This document shows, in pieces, positions 21,863 through 31,194 of a stretch of 64,000 bases of DNA; positions within the stretch are counted from its first letter, which is position 1, and each line of letters begins with the position of its first letter. The translations under genes and the position numbers were made by a program. The stretch is taken from positions 896,001-960,000 of the forward strand of contig OZ253665.1 of the NCBI GenBank assembly GCA_965263295.1, in the 5' to 3' direction. Below the pieces are notes generated by a model, which was given only the letters and a program-made list of their open reading frames with translations, made no database searches and was not told the DNA's origin. The stretch comes from Spirochaetia bacterium. GTDB taxonomy: Bacteria > Spirochaetota > Spirochaetia > SP-2023.

Positions 21863-22693
21863 TTAGACGTTCTTATACCATATCTGTTGTAAACCCAGAA
21901 AGAGTAGGTCCTCCTGAAACTCACCAAGACATTGGCTGTGTTGGTGATAGAATCGGCCAAAGAAACCAGTGCTATAAATATGAACATCCCAGCCCGAATC
22001 TCCCGGCCTTTGCGCCTGGCTAATTTGACGTAATTCTGCCAGCTGTTGCTCTACCAGATACTCCACCGCGCCCAAGTTGCCCAATATTAAGCCTGAACGG
22101 ATGGCTTCCTGAGTATTGCGACCAATGGAAGACTGCGGCATTTGCAATTTTACCTGGCTCAGCAAGGCCGTATTTTTGACCAATGACACCAAGGATGTCT
22201 CCACGCCCGGCGCGATCGCCACGCCCAGCAATTCACCGCGGCCATTAACTGCCGTAAACGTAGTCGCGGTTCCAAAAGCGATGGCAATGCAAGGCGCGCC
22301 TCGGCTAAAATGATAGGCTCCAACGGCATTGGCGACCAAGTCAGCTCCCAGCTCATGTGGGTGTTCGGTACAAATCTTCAAGCCTGTCTTGACGCCGGGC
22401 CCCAGGATCACCGAAGGCTTATCTACGTGACGTTCTAAAAAAATACTCAACTCCGCGGTAATCAAAGGCACGACACTGCTGATGATAATACCTTCGATAT
22501 CCGGCCAGCTACAACAATTCTGCCGCAAAAACTGATCCACAAACACACAGTATTCATCGGCCGTGCGCTGTAGCTGTGAATTAATACGCATTTTGCCGCG
22601 CACGCATCCGGCTTCGGCCAGCAAGCCAATTTTCACATTGCTATTGCCCACATCAAATGCCAGTAACATACACCCTCTTTCGCATAGCCTCAA
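21863..22693 (-). CDS. coaX: Type III pantothenate kinase
   Basis: DVGNS, SSVVP, LGAD, FGTATTF, IAPG motifs; true start probably at MLLAF. Confidence 0.92.
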   Translation of the reverse strand: MRLCERGCMLLAFDVGNSNVKIGLLAEAGCVRGKMRINSQLQRTADEYCVFVDQFLRQNCCSWPDIEGIIISSVVPLITAELSIFLERHVDKPSVILGPGVKTGLKICTEHPHELGADLVANAVGAYHFSRGAPCIAIAFGTATTFTAVNGRGELLGVAIAPGVETSLVSLVKNTALLSQVKLQMPQSSIGRNTQEAIRSGLILGNLGAVEYLVEQQLAELRQISQAQRPGDSGWDVHIYSTGFFGRFYHQHSQCLGEFQEDLLFLGLQQIWYKNV

Positions 22694-22888
22694 CCACTTG
22701 GAAGCTTACTACAGTTATATGAATATCGCGTTTTTGTCCAGCTTCGTCCAGTATGGCAAATCCTGCTGAATACCGAGACGCCAGATTTACTCCAACTCTA
22801 TTGCTAATTAAGTATTATCTCCATATAATGCCCAGAATATTCCCGCATATGACATTCCGCGCAGATAATCAATAATGAGGAGGAAAGC

Positions 22889-24049
22889 ATGTCTTTTCCG
22901 TTGTTCCCCAACTACAGCTACCCTGAACATCCAGCCTTTCCATTTTCCGTCAGTGCCGCCGCGGGCAGCTGGCTCTACGACCGAGAAGGACAAAAATATC
23001 TAGACCTATTTGCAGGTATCGCAGTCAATAATCTTGGCCACCGCCACCCGCATGTACAGTCGGCAATTGAAGACCAGCTAAAAAAAGTCTGGCATACCAG
23101 CAACTACTTCCTCAGTCCCCTGGTATTACAACTCGCCGCAACTCTAACTAGTGCCACTCCCCACTGTTCGCGCGCTTTTTTCTGCAACAGCGGTGTCGAG
23201 GCCAACGAAGCCGCATTTAAACTTGCGCGCAAATTTACGGGTAAAAAAACGATTCTAGCCTTCCACAACTCTTTTCACGGTCGCAGCCACTCGACACTTT
23301 CAGCCACTGGCCAAAAGCGTATTCAGCAAGGCTTTTTCCCCCTGGGTGAGGACTTCTATATCCACGCCCCCATCGATGAACCCTCCAGCCTAGAGCGGGT
23401 GAACTCCAACTTGGCGGCTGTCGTAATTGAACCAGTGCAGGGTGACGGCGGTATTTATCCCGTGTCTCCACGTTTTTTGCAGTCTCTCGCCCTAGCATGT
23501 CGGCAAAATGATGTCTTGCTGATTGTCGATGAGGTTCAAACAGGTATGGGCCGCACAGGCAAGCTGTTTGCATACGAACATTCGGGCATTGAACCAGATA
23601 TTATTTCACTGGCAAAGGGCTTGGGTAACGGCCTGCCCATCGGTGCCATCCTGGCGCGAGAAGAGCTCGCTGAAACCTTTAATTACGGGTCCCATGCCTC
23701 AACCTTTGGCGGCAATCTGCTCGCTGTTCGCGCAGCCAGCGCGGTACTCGAAATAATTCAGGAGCCAGGCTTTCTGGAACAAGTCCGGCAAAAAGGGCTG
23801 TGGCTGCTTAACCAACTGCGAGAAAAGCTGACCGAAAACCCCAAGGTAAGGGAAGTGCGCGGTCTAGGCCTGATGCAAGGTGTTGAGCTCTCTGAACCTG
23901 TGGCTCCTTATCTGCAGCGCCTGTGTCGCGAGCACAATGTCGTCTGCATCGGGGCTGGTCCGAATGTCCTGCGCCTGGTCCCGCCACTGACCATAAGCCA
24001 AGAGGAACTGCAGATGGCTGTCGACGCAATTACCGCCGTCCTAAGTTAA
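22889..24049 (+). CDS. argD: Acetylornithine aminotransferase
   Basis: LDLFAGIAVNNLGH, NSGVEANE, FHGR, DEVQTGMGRTG, LAKGLG. Confidence 0.9.
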   Translation: MSFPLFPNYSYPEHPAFPFSVSAAAGSWLYDREGQKYLDLFAGIAVNNLGHRHPHVQSAIEDQLKKVWHTSNYFLSPLVLQLAATLTSATPHCSRAFFCNSGVEANEAAFKLARKFTGKKTILAFHNSFHGRSHSTLSATGQKRIQQGFFPLGEDFYIHAPIDEPSSLERVNSNLAAVVIEPVQGDGGIYPVSPRFLQSLALACRQNDVLLIVDEVQTGMGRTGKLFAYEHSGIEPDIISLAKGLGNGLPIGAILAREELAETFNYGSHASTFGGNLLAVRAASAVLEIIQEPGFLEQVRQKGLWLLNQLREKLTENPKVREVRGLGLMQGVELSEPVAPYLQRLCREHNVVCIGAGPNVLRLVPPLTISQEELQMAVDAITAVLS

Positions 24050-24100
24050 GTGGAGGTTCACGGCAATTCGTATGATAAAAGGCTGTCTCTTCTGTAGACA

Positions 24101-24134
24101 ATTAGCCTGTTATAATATATAATAACAGGCTAAT
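24101..24134. terminator. 13-bp perfect inverted repeat between argD and tRNA-Ala
   Basis: ATTAGCCTGTTAT-8 nt-ATAACAGGCTAAT. Confidence 0.5.
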
Positions 24135-24163
24135 TATTATTATTCATTATTACTTATTATAAT

Positions 24164-24237
24164 GGGGACTTAGCTCAGCTGGTCAGAGCGCAGCCTTCGC
24201 ATGGCTGAAGTCACGGGTTCGAATCCCGTAGTCTCCA
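24164..24237 (+). tRNA. tRNA-Ala(CGC)
   Basis: Acceptor GGGGACT/AGTCTCC with G3:U70; anticodon arm CAGCC-TTCGCAT-GGCTG; GTTCGAATC T-loop; CCA not encoded. Confidence 0.97.
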
Positions 24238-24337
24238 ATACGTTTTCCTATATCACAAAATAAGGGCTTGAGAGGCAACGCAAAGATTCGCATATTCTGG
24301 AGCCATACTCCAGGCTCTGAGATTCAAGGCCTTGGGA

Positions 24338-25171
24338 TTACTGTCCCAAACCCTGCAGGAAATTATAACTTTCAGTGAAAGACGCGGGGCTTTCTTCTTC
24401 AATCAATATGTCGATATACGGTTTCTGCCGACTCAAAAATTCCAGAAAGTATTTATAATCAAAAATGCCCTTTCCCAGAGTTCTCGGTTTTTTTATACCG
24501 TTTTCCATGACAAAATCTTTGGCATGTACGACGGCAACCTGACTGCCGTATAGATCAAATACTTTGTTAATCAGCTTGTGCTGCTCTCGATAATTTTCTT
24601 CTGTAATTAGGTTGACAGGATCAAAGATGACTTTGAGATTACTTGAATTAATTGTATCCAGTACTTTTTTCATTCTTTCGGGGCTGTTGATTATGTGGTC
24701 TGCCACCCCTTCTATCGCAACAAATACGCCAAATCTCTCCGCCTCTGCGACAAGAGGTTCTAAATTTGCGATAAAATGGCTGAAAGCTTTTGCACTAAAG
24801 TTATCTTCATGAAAAGAATAATCCCGATTCAGAGAGCCTGTCTCCGTCGCGACCAGACACGTTCCGAAATCTCTGGCGTGCCTTAGATGCATTTTAAACC
24901 ATGCGCCGAGTTTTGCCATTTCGGCCGGGTCGGGATGTGCCATATTGATATAGCATCCCAACACGGCCACCCTGATATCGTGAACGTCCAATTCTTTCCG
25001 GACTCTGGCTGCAAATCCTGGCGTTATTTTTGCCGGATTCATTCCAAACCCCGCAAAAGATTTTGCCAGAGCCAGCTGAACAAACTGAAAATTATAATCG
25101 TGAATATCACGGGCTAAATCTTCTAAGCTTGTCGAAGCAAAATCATGCGCTCGAACCCCGATATTGAACAT
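24338..25171 (-). CDS. Sugar phosphate isomerase/epimerase (xylose-isomerase-like TIM barrel)
   Basis: IGVRAHDF, LGCYIN, ATETGS, IEG, FDPVN, HAKDF. Confidence 0.88.
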   Translation of the reverse strand: MFNIGVRAHDFASTSLEDLARDIHDYNFQFVQLALAKSFAGFGMNPAKITPGFAARVRKELDVHDIRVAVLGCYINMAHPDPAEMAKLGAWFKMHLRHARDFGTCLVATETGSLNRDYSFHEDNFSAKAFSHFIANLEPLVAEAERFGVFVAIEGVADHIINSPERMKKVLDTINSSNLKVIFDPVNLITEENYREQHKLINKVFDLYGSQVAVVHAKDFVMENGIKKPRTLGKGIFDYKYFLEFLSRQKPYIDILIEEESPASFTESYNFLQGLGQ

Positions 25172-25455
25172 TGCCGGTACTTCTCCTGGATATTTTGGGA
25201 TATCTTTTGAACACTAAAGCAAAAATAGCTTGGATTTAATCTATATTTATAATTATACCGACAAATATACTTTTTAAAACTACCTCTGCGGACCCAAATA
25301 TTGTTATTTATTCATTTATACTTCAATTTATAACCTAAGCATTCAGCAAGAATATCTAAATACATGGAAATTTCTATTGTCTTTCGCAACATTTTAAATA
25401 GTATATGAAAAATTAGCAGTGTTTTACGCAAAATATTTAACCATCACATATCGGC

Positions 25456-26676
25456 ATGCATGGCCAAGGAATGCTCGGAAAATGCAAGTCCCTGAATTTG
25501 ATTATTTATCGCCTAGAAGGCCGGGAAAAAATAATTGATCCCCGCGCATACAGAATACAAAGTTTTAAAAAGGCAACAGCAGGAGGATTGAAGCCATTGA
25601 TCAAGCAAAATGAAGTTGACGAAAAGATACACAAACTTGAGGCGAGCCTGAAAGAAGTCCTATACGACAGAGATGAATTTTTTATTGCAAACATGAAAAA
25701 ATCCGGCCGCGATGTACGTAGATTCATACATTGGGAATGGCCACAGGGAGTAGGCATATACGGATTTTTCAAACACTATGAACAGACAAAGGACGAAAAA
25801 TACCTCGATGTTTTGGAAGACTGGTTACAGGACAGATTGAAAGATGGGCTCCCCGCGAAAAATGTAAATACAGTAATTCCCTTGCTGTCGATGGCCTGCT
25901 TATATGAGGTCAGGCCCCAGAATCAATATAGAGAAATCATGTTCGAATGGAGCAACTGGATAATGCATGAGATGCCCCGGACAAAAGAAGGCGGATTTCA
26001 GCACATTACATCGGACAGTTTGAATACGGGACAACTCTGGGATGACACATTATTTATGACCGTCCTTTTCCTGGCAAGAGTAGCTGAGATTTTTGCCAGA
26101 AAGGATTATAGCGATGAAGCACTGCGACAGTTCTTACTACACACCAAATATCTCTCGGATCCGGCGACAGGATTGTGGTTCCACGGCTGGACATTTGAAG
26201 GAAATCATAATTTTGCCAAAGCTTTATGGGCAAGGGGCAACAGCTGGATTACGATGGGGATCCCCGAATTTATAGAGATGGTCTCGCTGGAAGGGGCTGC
26301 AAAATATTTTTTGATAGAAACATTTAAACGGCAAGTCGATGCATTGCTAGAGTACCAGGATGATTCGGGCATGTGGCATACACTGATCAATGACAGCGAC
26401 TCTTACTTGGAAAGTTCGGCGACAGCAGGCTTTGTATACGGTATACTAAAAGCGATAAGATTGGGATACATAGGCAAAGAATACCTTGATTCAGGCTTAA
26501 AAGGACTCAAATCGGTCATGGCCAATATCACGGAAGGTGGAGAAGTAAAACAGGTATCGTATGGAACAGCCATGGGGCATACCCTTGATTTCTATAAAAC
26601 AATACCGATCAAAAGAATGGCTTACGGGCAGGCAATGGCGATGCTGGCATTGTTGGAAGGAATGAATCATATTTGA
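25456..26676 (+). CDS. GH105 unsaturated rhamnogalacturonyl hydrolase (YteR/YesR-like)
   Basis: WEWPQGVG, LWDDTLFM, WFHGW, WARGNSW, ESSATA; real start probably TTG 25597 after AGGAGG. Confidence 0.92.
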   Translation: MHGQGMLGKCKSLNLIIYRLEGREKIIDPRAYRIQSFKKATAGGLKPLIKQNEVDEKIHKLEASLKEVLYDRDEFFIANMKKSGRDVRRFIHWEWPQGVGIYGFFKHYEQTKDEKYLDVLEDWLQDRLKDGLPAKNVNTVIPLLSMACLYEVRPQNQYREIMFEWSNWIMHEMPRTKEGGFQHITSDSLNTGQLWDDTLFMTVLFLARVAEIFARKDYSDEALRQFLLHTKYLSDPATGLWFHGWTFEGNHNFAKALWARGNSWITMGIPEFIEMVSLEGAAKYFLIETFKRQVDALLEYQDDSGMWHTLINDSDSYLESSATAGFVYGILKAIRLGYIGKEYLDSGLKGLKSVMANITEGGEVKQVSYGTAMGHTLDFYKTIPIKRMAYGQAMAMLALLEGMNHI

Positions 26677-26796
26677 ACGCGACAAGATTTCCAGAGAATA
26701 TTCATAAATTCATTTTCAACGTACTCAAGAATAATTTCTCTGTACTGCAAAATCCTTATCAGCTGCGTTACTTCCGATGCTATCGGGCATAGGGGG

Positions 26797-26825
26797 GTCG
26801 CCCTCGCGGGCGCGTGAATTGAGAC
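26797..26825 (+). CRISPR. Solitary degenerate type I-C-like CRISPR repeat
   Basis: GTCGCCCTCGCGGGCGCGTGAATTGAGAC, near-identical to 29745-29775. Confidence 0.7.
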
Positions 26826-26841
26826 CTGGCCTATGTGGCTG

Positions 26842-27795
26842 CTAGTCCCAGCACGGACGATTTTTCGACGGAGCTAGGAAGGCGCCCGCGACCGCGCCGC
26901 CCACGATCAGGCAGAATCCGCTGACTTGGAGTAGGCTCAATGGCTCATGTAGCAGCATCGCGGTGAGAATCACCGCCGTCACCGGCTCAACTGGTGTGAT
27001 CAGACTGGCTGAGGTGGCGGGAAGCTCATTGAGCCCCCGTGTGAACAGAAGATACGACATCACGGTCCCGAACCAGCTCAGGCCCAGCAGCGCAAGCAAA
27101 ACGCCGGGCGAATGATGCATCGCCAAGCGCCTCAGGCCCGACCATAGATCGGGGATGAGCAGGTTTGCCAAGCCCGCTGTCAGAAAGGAAGAAAACACGA
27201 GATCGGTCGGCGTCAATCCGCGCTTGAGACACCGTTTCCCGAGCACGCCATACAGGGCGTAGCAGATGGCGGACAGCAGAGCCGCGAAAATACCGGCGGC
27301 ATCAAGGCCAAGGCTCTGGTCTCCCCCCAAAAAAAGGTTCGGAGACAGGACCAGCAGCACGCCGGCGACACTTAACGCCGCAAGCCCCATTTGCTTAATG
27401 CCCAAGCCGACACCGAGAAAAACCGCCGCGCCCATGACGGTCCACAAAGGCGATGTGTAAAGCAGGGCGACGGAAAGCGTGACACCAATGCGGGAGATGG
27501 CTGTGAAATAGGCGATATTAAAGCCGATGACGCCAAAAGCCGCATGTGCGATCACCAAACGCACCATTTGCGCATACGGCCGGAAACCGCGCGACCGGAA
27601 AAGGAAGGCGGCCGCCAGCGGCGATGCGGCAAAGGCGATGCGGAGCGAGGCCACTTCACGCCCGCTGAAGCCAAGCGTATTCAGAAAGGCTCCGATCGGC
27701 CCCAGGGTTCCCCATGTCGCCGCCGCAAGAAAGACCAGGATGCCGGGCCACAGCTTTGTCAAGATTGACCTTTCCGCGCGCGGCCAGAATTTCAA
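26842..27795 (-). CDS. EamA/DMT family transporter
   Basis: Ten TM segments, LLYTSPLW, EPVTAVIL motifs; GC-rich. Confidence 0.88.
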   Translation of the reverse strand: MKFWPRAERSILTKLWPGILVFLAAATWGTLGPIGAFLNTLGFSGREVASLRIAFAASPLAAAFLFRSRGFRPYAQMVRLVIAHAAFGVIGFNIAYFTAISRIGVTLSVALLYTSPLWTVMGAAVFLGVGLGIKQMGLAALSVAGVLLVLSPNLFLGGDQSLGLDAAGIFAALLSAICYALYGVLGKRCLKRGLTPTDLVFSSFLTAGLANLLIPDLWSGLRRLAMHHSPGVLLALLGLSWFGTVMSYLLFTRGLNELPATSASLITPVEPVTAVILTAMLLHEPLSLLQVSGFCLIVGGAVAGAFLAPSKNRPCWD

Positions 27796-28072
27796 AATTC
27801 AATGCCATATACGGCATGATTTCGGCAATGCCGGCATCGAGATCGACAGCCTTTGCCACCTCGCCCATCTGGCTTGTGCGTTGCGTTCGTGCCGGCAATT
27901 CCATCCGGTCAGGACAGGCAGACCCCGGCCAAACGAAGGCCAGGTCAAGACCGTGTTCGTGCAAAATGCTCTGGATCTGTGTATGGCCCGCTCGCACCCG
28001 TTGCGCCAGAATTCCCCAGACATGTGTGGGAGAAAGCGTGAGGAAATCGGATTTTTCATCCATTTTAGTCAC
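27656..28072 (-). CDS. Hypothetical ORF or gene fragment between MFS and EamA
   Basis: 138-aa ORF overlapping the EamA 5' end; no family recognised. Confidence 0.3.
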   Translation of the reverse strand: MTKMDEKSDFLTLSPTHVWGILAQRVRAGHTQIQSILHEHGLDLAFVWPGSACPDRMELPARTQRTSQMGEVAKAVDLDAGIAEIMPYMALNFEILAARGKVNLDKAVARHPGLSCGGDMGNPGADRSLSEYAWLQRA

Positions 28073-28125
28073 TGCGATTCAGCGAGGACTCGCTTTTGGG
28101 ATGGAGCTGGTAGCGCAAGCTTTGT

Positions 28126-29388
28126 TTAGTCTTCATCCACCAGCTCTTTGGCCTTGTGGGCAATCCGGAAATACAGTCCAAACAGCACTAGACTTAAAAT
28201 CGGCAACACGCCCATAAACGAATACGAACGGAACACTCCAAAGACATCGAATGAAATGCCAAAGACAATATAACCGAGCCCCGTAATACCCGTATACACA
28301 AAACTCTGTGCCGAAAGCACCGAGGCTCGTATCTGACTAGGTATTTTTTCCTGGATAAAATTGCCTATGATAATGTCTACTGCGGAAGGTAAAATGGTAA
28401 TCGAGAAAAAGACAAGCAGCGAGAGCACTCGATTATTGAAAACGTTAAAAAACATCATAACCGCAGAGAAGAGCATAGTAGCAAACAAAAGAGTTTTAAA
28501 CTCTATTTTAGTGGAAATCTTTTCAGCCAATAAATACGTAAACCCTGATAGAACTTGAATAACACAGAAGACAAGGGCAATTTGCCGCGCGTCGAGATGA
28601 AACTCCTTAAACAAGGTCTGGCCATAGATGTAATATACGGTGGCCACCATATTGTAGATGCCCAAGGAAAATAAAAACAGGAATAGATGCTTTCCGATCG
28701 AGGTGTTGAAGAAACGAAGCATTTGCTTCGTTTCTCCTATTTTTTCTTCCGCCTCATGTTTCTCCTCTGCCTCATGGTGTGGATTGAAATCCCGCAGATT
28801 TTCGTGCATGCTTAAAATACAAAAAGAGGCCAAGAGAGCAGCGCCGGCATCGGCCAGATACACTAAAGCCCAACCGCCCCAGGACAAGAGGTAGCCACCC
28901 ACCCCCATACTGATGCCCAAAATCACGGAAGAAAAAGCAGCGATCCGGGACGTGATTTTAATGTACTGTTTTTCTCTCTGTAAAATCTTAAGACTATCAT
29001 AGAGGAGGGCATCTTCGGAGCCGGACTGGAATGCGAAGCCAACGCCTTGAATAATAAACAGGCTCAAAAAGAAAAAAAAGTCTGCCGTGTAAACCATTCC
29101 GACGGCGTTGACAACGAGTAGCACCATGGCTATGAAAACAGACCATTTTCTCCCTATCTTATCCCCAAACAACCCCGCTGGGATTTCCATGAGAAAATTG
29201 GCCCAGAAGAGCGAGGCCTGCAGTACGCCCACCTGTGCATTCGTCAGACCCTTTTCCAACAGATACAGAATAAATATGCCTCTTTGAAAGATAATACCGG
29301 TAAAAAAAGAATACAAATAGAACAGAGGGATGTTGCGCTTGTATTGTTCTATGGAATGTTTCAAGTGTTTTTCTCCTCGTGCACCCAT
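28126..29388 (-). CDS. MFS transporter
   Basis: 12 TM segments, EIPAGLFGDKIGRK motif A, SGSEDALLYD, RASVLS; AT-rich relative to flanks. Confidence 0.9.
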   Translation of the reverse strand: MGARGEKHLKHSIEQYKRNIPLFYLYSFFTGIIFQRGIFILYLLEKGLTNAQVGVLQASLFWANFLMEIPAGLFGDKIGRKWSVFIAMVLLVVNAVGMVYTADFFFFLSLFIIQGVGFAFQSGSEDALLYDSLKILQREKQYIKITSRIAAFSSVILGISMGVGGYLLSWGGWALVYLADAGAALLASFCILSMHENLRDFNPHHEAEEKHEAEEKIGETKQMLRFFNTSIGKHLFLFLFSLGIYNMVATVYYIYGQTLFKEFHLDARQIALVFCVIQVLSGFTYLLAEKISTKIEFKTLLFATMLFSAVMMFFNVFNNRVLSLLVFFSITILPSAVDIIIGNFIQEKIPSQIRASVLSAQSFVYTGITGLGYIVFGISFDVFGVFRSYSFMGVLPILSLVLFGLYFRIAHKAKELVDED

Positions 29389-29682
29389 CTACCGCATAGA
29401 CCCAGGTGCTTTCCCGCAATATGGCAATCATAAAGACTTTTCCTTGTATGTGTTGCCAGCCTTTTAAGGTGACTCTATTGCCATATATTTCTAGATCGTT
29501 AAGACCCAACATATATTTTATATATGGTTGGTTGCTAATATCGCCAATTGTCTATATTACAAGTGGAATCGTTCACAGAGCGACGAGTTCAGATTTCTTT
29601 TATACGACAAAGATGGCGAAATTGTCCAAGGCGAGGTCCGCAAAAATTCCGTGTCGTCGCCCATGACCAGAAGCGTAAAGCC

Positions 29683-29775
29683 GTCGCGCTCATGGGCGCG
29701 TGAATTGAAACAAACTACGGATAGGGATTGAAAGCGTTCAGAAGGTCGCGCCCTCGCGGGCGCCTGAATTGAAAC
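29683..29775 (+). CRISPR. Orphan CRISPR mini-array (2 type I-C-like repeats, one 33-nt spacer)
   Basis: GTCGCGCTCATGGGCGCGTGAATTGAAAC (29683-29711), spacer AAACTACGGATAGGGATTGAAAGCGTTCAGAAG, GTCGCGCCCTCGCGGGCGCCTGAATTGAAAC (29745-29775); no cas gene in the window. Confidence 0.8.
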
Positions 29776-29814
29776 GATCGTCCTCAATTTGCTCCGGTCG
29801 GATTATGCCCTAGT

Positions 29815-30804
29815 TCATGGACGCACGAGGATTTTGCCCATGCGGCCGCTTTGCCGGCTTGCGGTCGCGGCTGCAGTGATATTTTCCAGGTCGAACACGC
29901 CTCCGACCTGCAGGCTTACGTCGCCGGCAGCGACCAGAGACATCAGTTCCATCACGATGCGCTGCTTTTCCGGCGAAGGAGCGGTCCTAAGTATTTTCGC
30001 GAGCCAGAATCCCTTGACGACGATCTGCTTGAAAATTAGGCCGGCCGCCGGCAGATGCAGGGGCTTGCCGGACATGGCACCGAAGGAGACTAAGGTTCCA
30101 TCCTCGCTCAGCAAGGATAACAGCGCCCCGGCGTCAGGGCCGCCGACCCCGTCGACGGCCGCCGCGACGCGGGCGTCACCGACCATGGCCTTGACCTGGT
30201 CCTGCCAGTCGTCGTCCTGAGTCGACACGACATTGCCGATGCCGATTTCACCGAGCGCGGCGATAGCCTCCCTTCGGCGTACCAGATTGACGACGTGAAT
30301 GCCCCGCGTCCTTGCCGTCATTGCCAGAACCTTGGCGACCGCGCCCGTCGCAGCATTCTGAACGATCCACTGGCCGGGAGTGACCTTCAGGGACTCAAGC
30401 AGGAACAGGGCGCTGAGAGGCATTCCCATCAGCTGCGCCCCGGCCTCGTCGGAGACCGTCTCCGGCAAGGGGATGGCCTGATCGGCTTGCACCAGGCAAT
30501 ACTGTGCCCATGCGCCTTGCACGCCAAAGACCGCAACGCGCTGCCCGATAGATAAGTTTGTGGATAAGCCTGTCACGCCCTCGCCCAGCGCATCGACGAT
30601 GCCCATTGCCTCGCTGCCGCCGACAGCCGGCAGCGCCGGCCGGTATCCATAATTGCCCTCAATTGTGATTAAGTCGTGGTTATGAATTGACGCCAGGACT
30701 GTCTTGATCCGAACCTGCCCCACGCCGGGTTCAGGAATTGGAATATCCTCAACCCTGAGGACTTCTGTTGGATCGCCGAATGCACGATAAATAATGCCGT
30801 TCAT
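29815..30804 (-). CDS. MDR-family NAD(P)H oxidoreductase (quinone/enoyl reductase-like)
   Basis: SIHNHDL, GSEAMG, QNAATGAVA, DGVGG, FGAMSG, GKILV; start MNGIIY after AAGGAAGG. Confidence 0.88.
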   Translation of the reverse strand: MNGIIYRAFGDPTEVLRVEDIPIPEPGVGQVRIKTVLASIHNHDLITIEGNYGYRPALPAVGGSEAMGIVDALGEGVTGLSTNLSIGQRVAVFGVQGAWAQYCLVQADQAIPLPETVSDEAGAQLMGMPLSALFLLESLKVTPGQWIVQNAATGAVAKVLAMTARTRGIHVVNLVRRREAIAALGEIGIGNVVSTQDDDWQDQVKAMVGDARVAAAVDGVGGPDAGALLSLLSEDGTLVSFGAMSGKPLHLPAAGLIFKQIVVKGFWLAKILRTAPSPEKQRIVMELMSLVAAGDVSLQVGGVFDLENITAAATASRQSGRMGKILVRP

Positions 30805-30886
30805 AGAAATTCCTTCCTTTTCAAAGGCTTCATACGAGGCCCAGATCATGTGAGAACCTCTAAAAACCTAGATTTTAATATGATCG

Positions 30887-30900
30887 GGCATTGTTGCAAA
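30887..30900 (+). mobile_element. Isolated IS6-family-like terminal inverted repeat
   Basis: GGCATTGTTGCAAA is one mismatch from the IS26 IR GGCACTGTTGCAAA; no transposase or partner end found. Confidence 0.4.
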
Positions 30901-31194
30901 ACTCTCTTCACAGATCAAGCCTGCTCCTTTCCCGTTTGATGTCATGTGCCACGCACTCGGTCCCGACTAGCCCTTTAAAATTAAATGTATTGTGATTTAC
31001 ACTACAAAATAATGCTGTTCTGGAAACTTAAATCTCAGAGACAAAATGGCAGAAAGCCTAGCACCTGGCATACAGGTGAATTCGAGCGGATCCACAGGGA
31101 AAGGTTATCCCCATTTTAGGATTTACAATCTTGACACCATATTATGTAGACAGTTATTATATCCATAATTTAATAATTAGCAGCGAGGCTGTGT

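Noticed and set aside
24215..24237. attL/attR of an integrative element at tRNA-Ala
   Set aside because: No downstream duplicate of the tRNA 3' end and no integrase found in the window.
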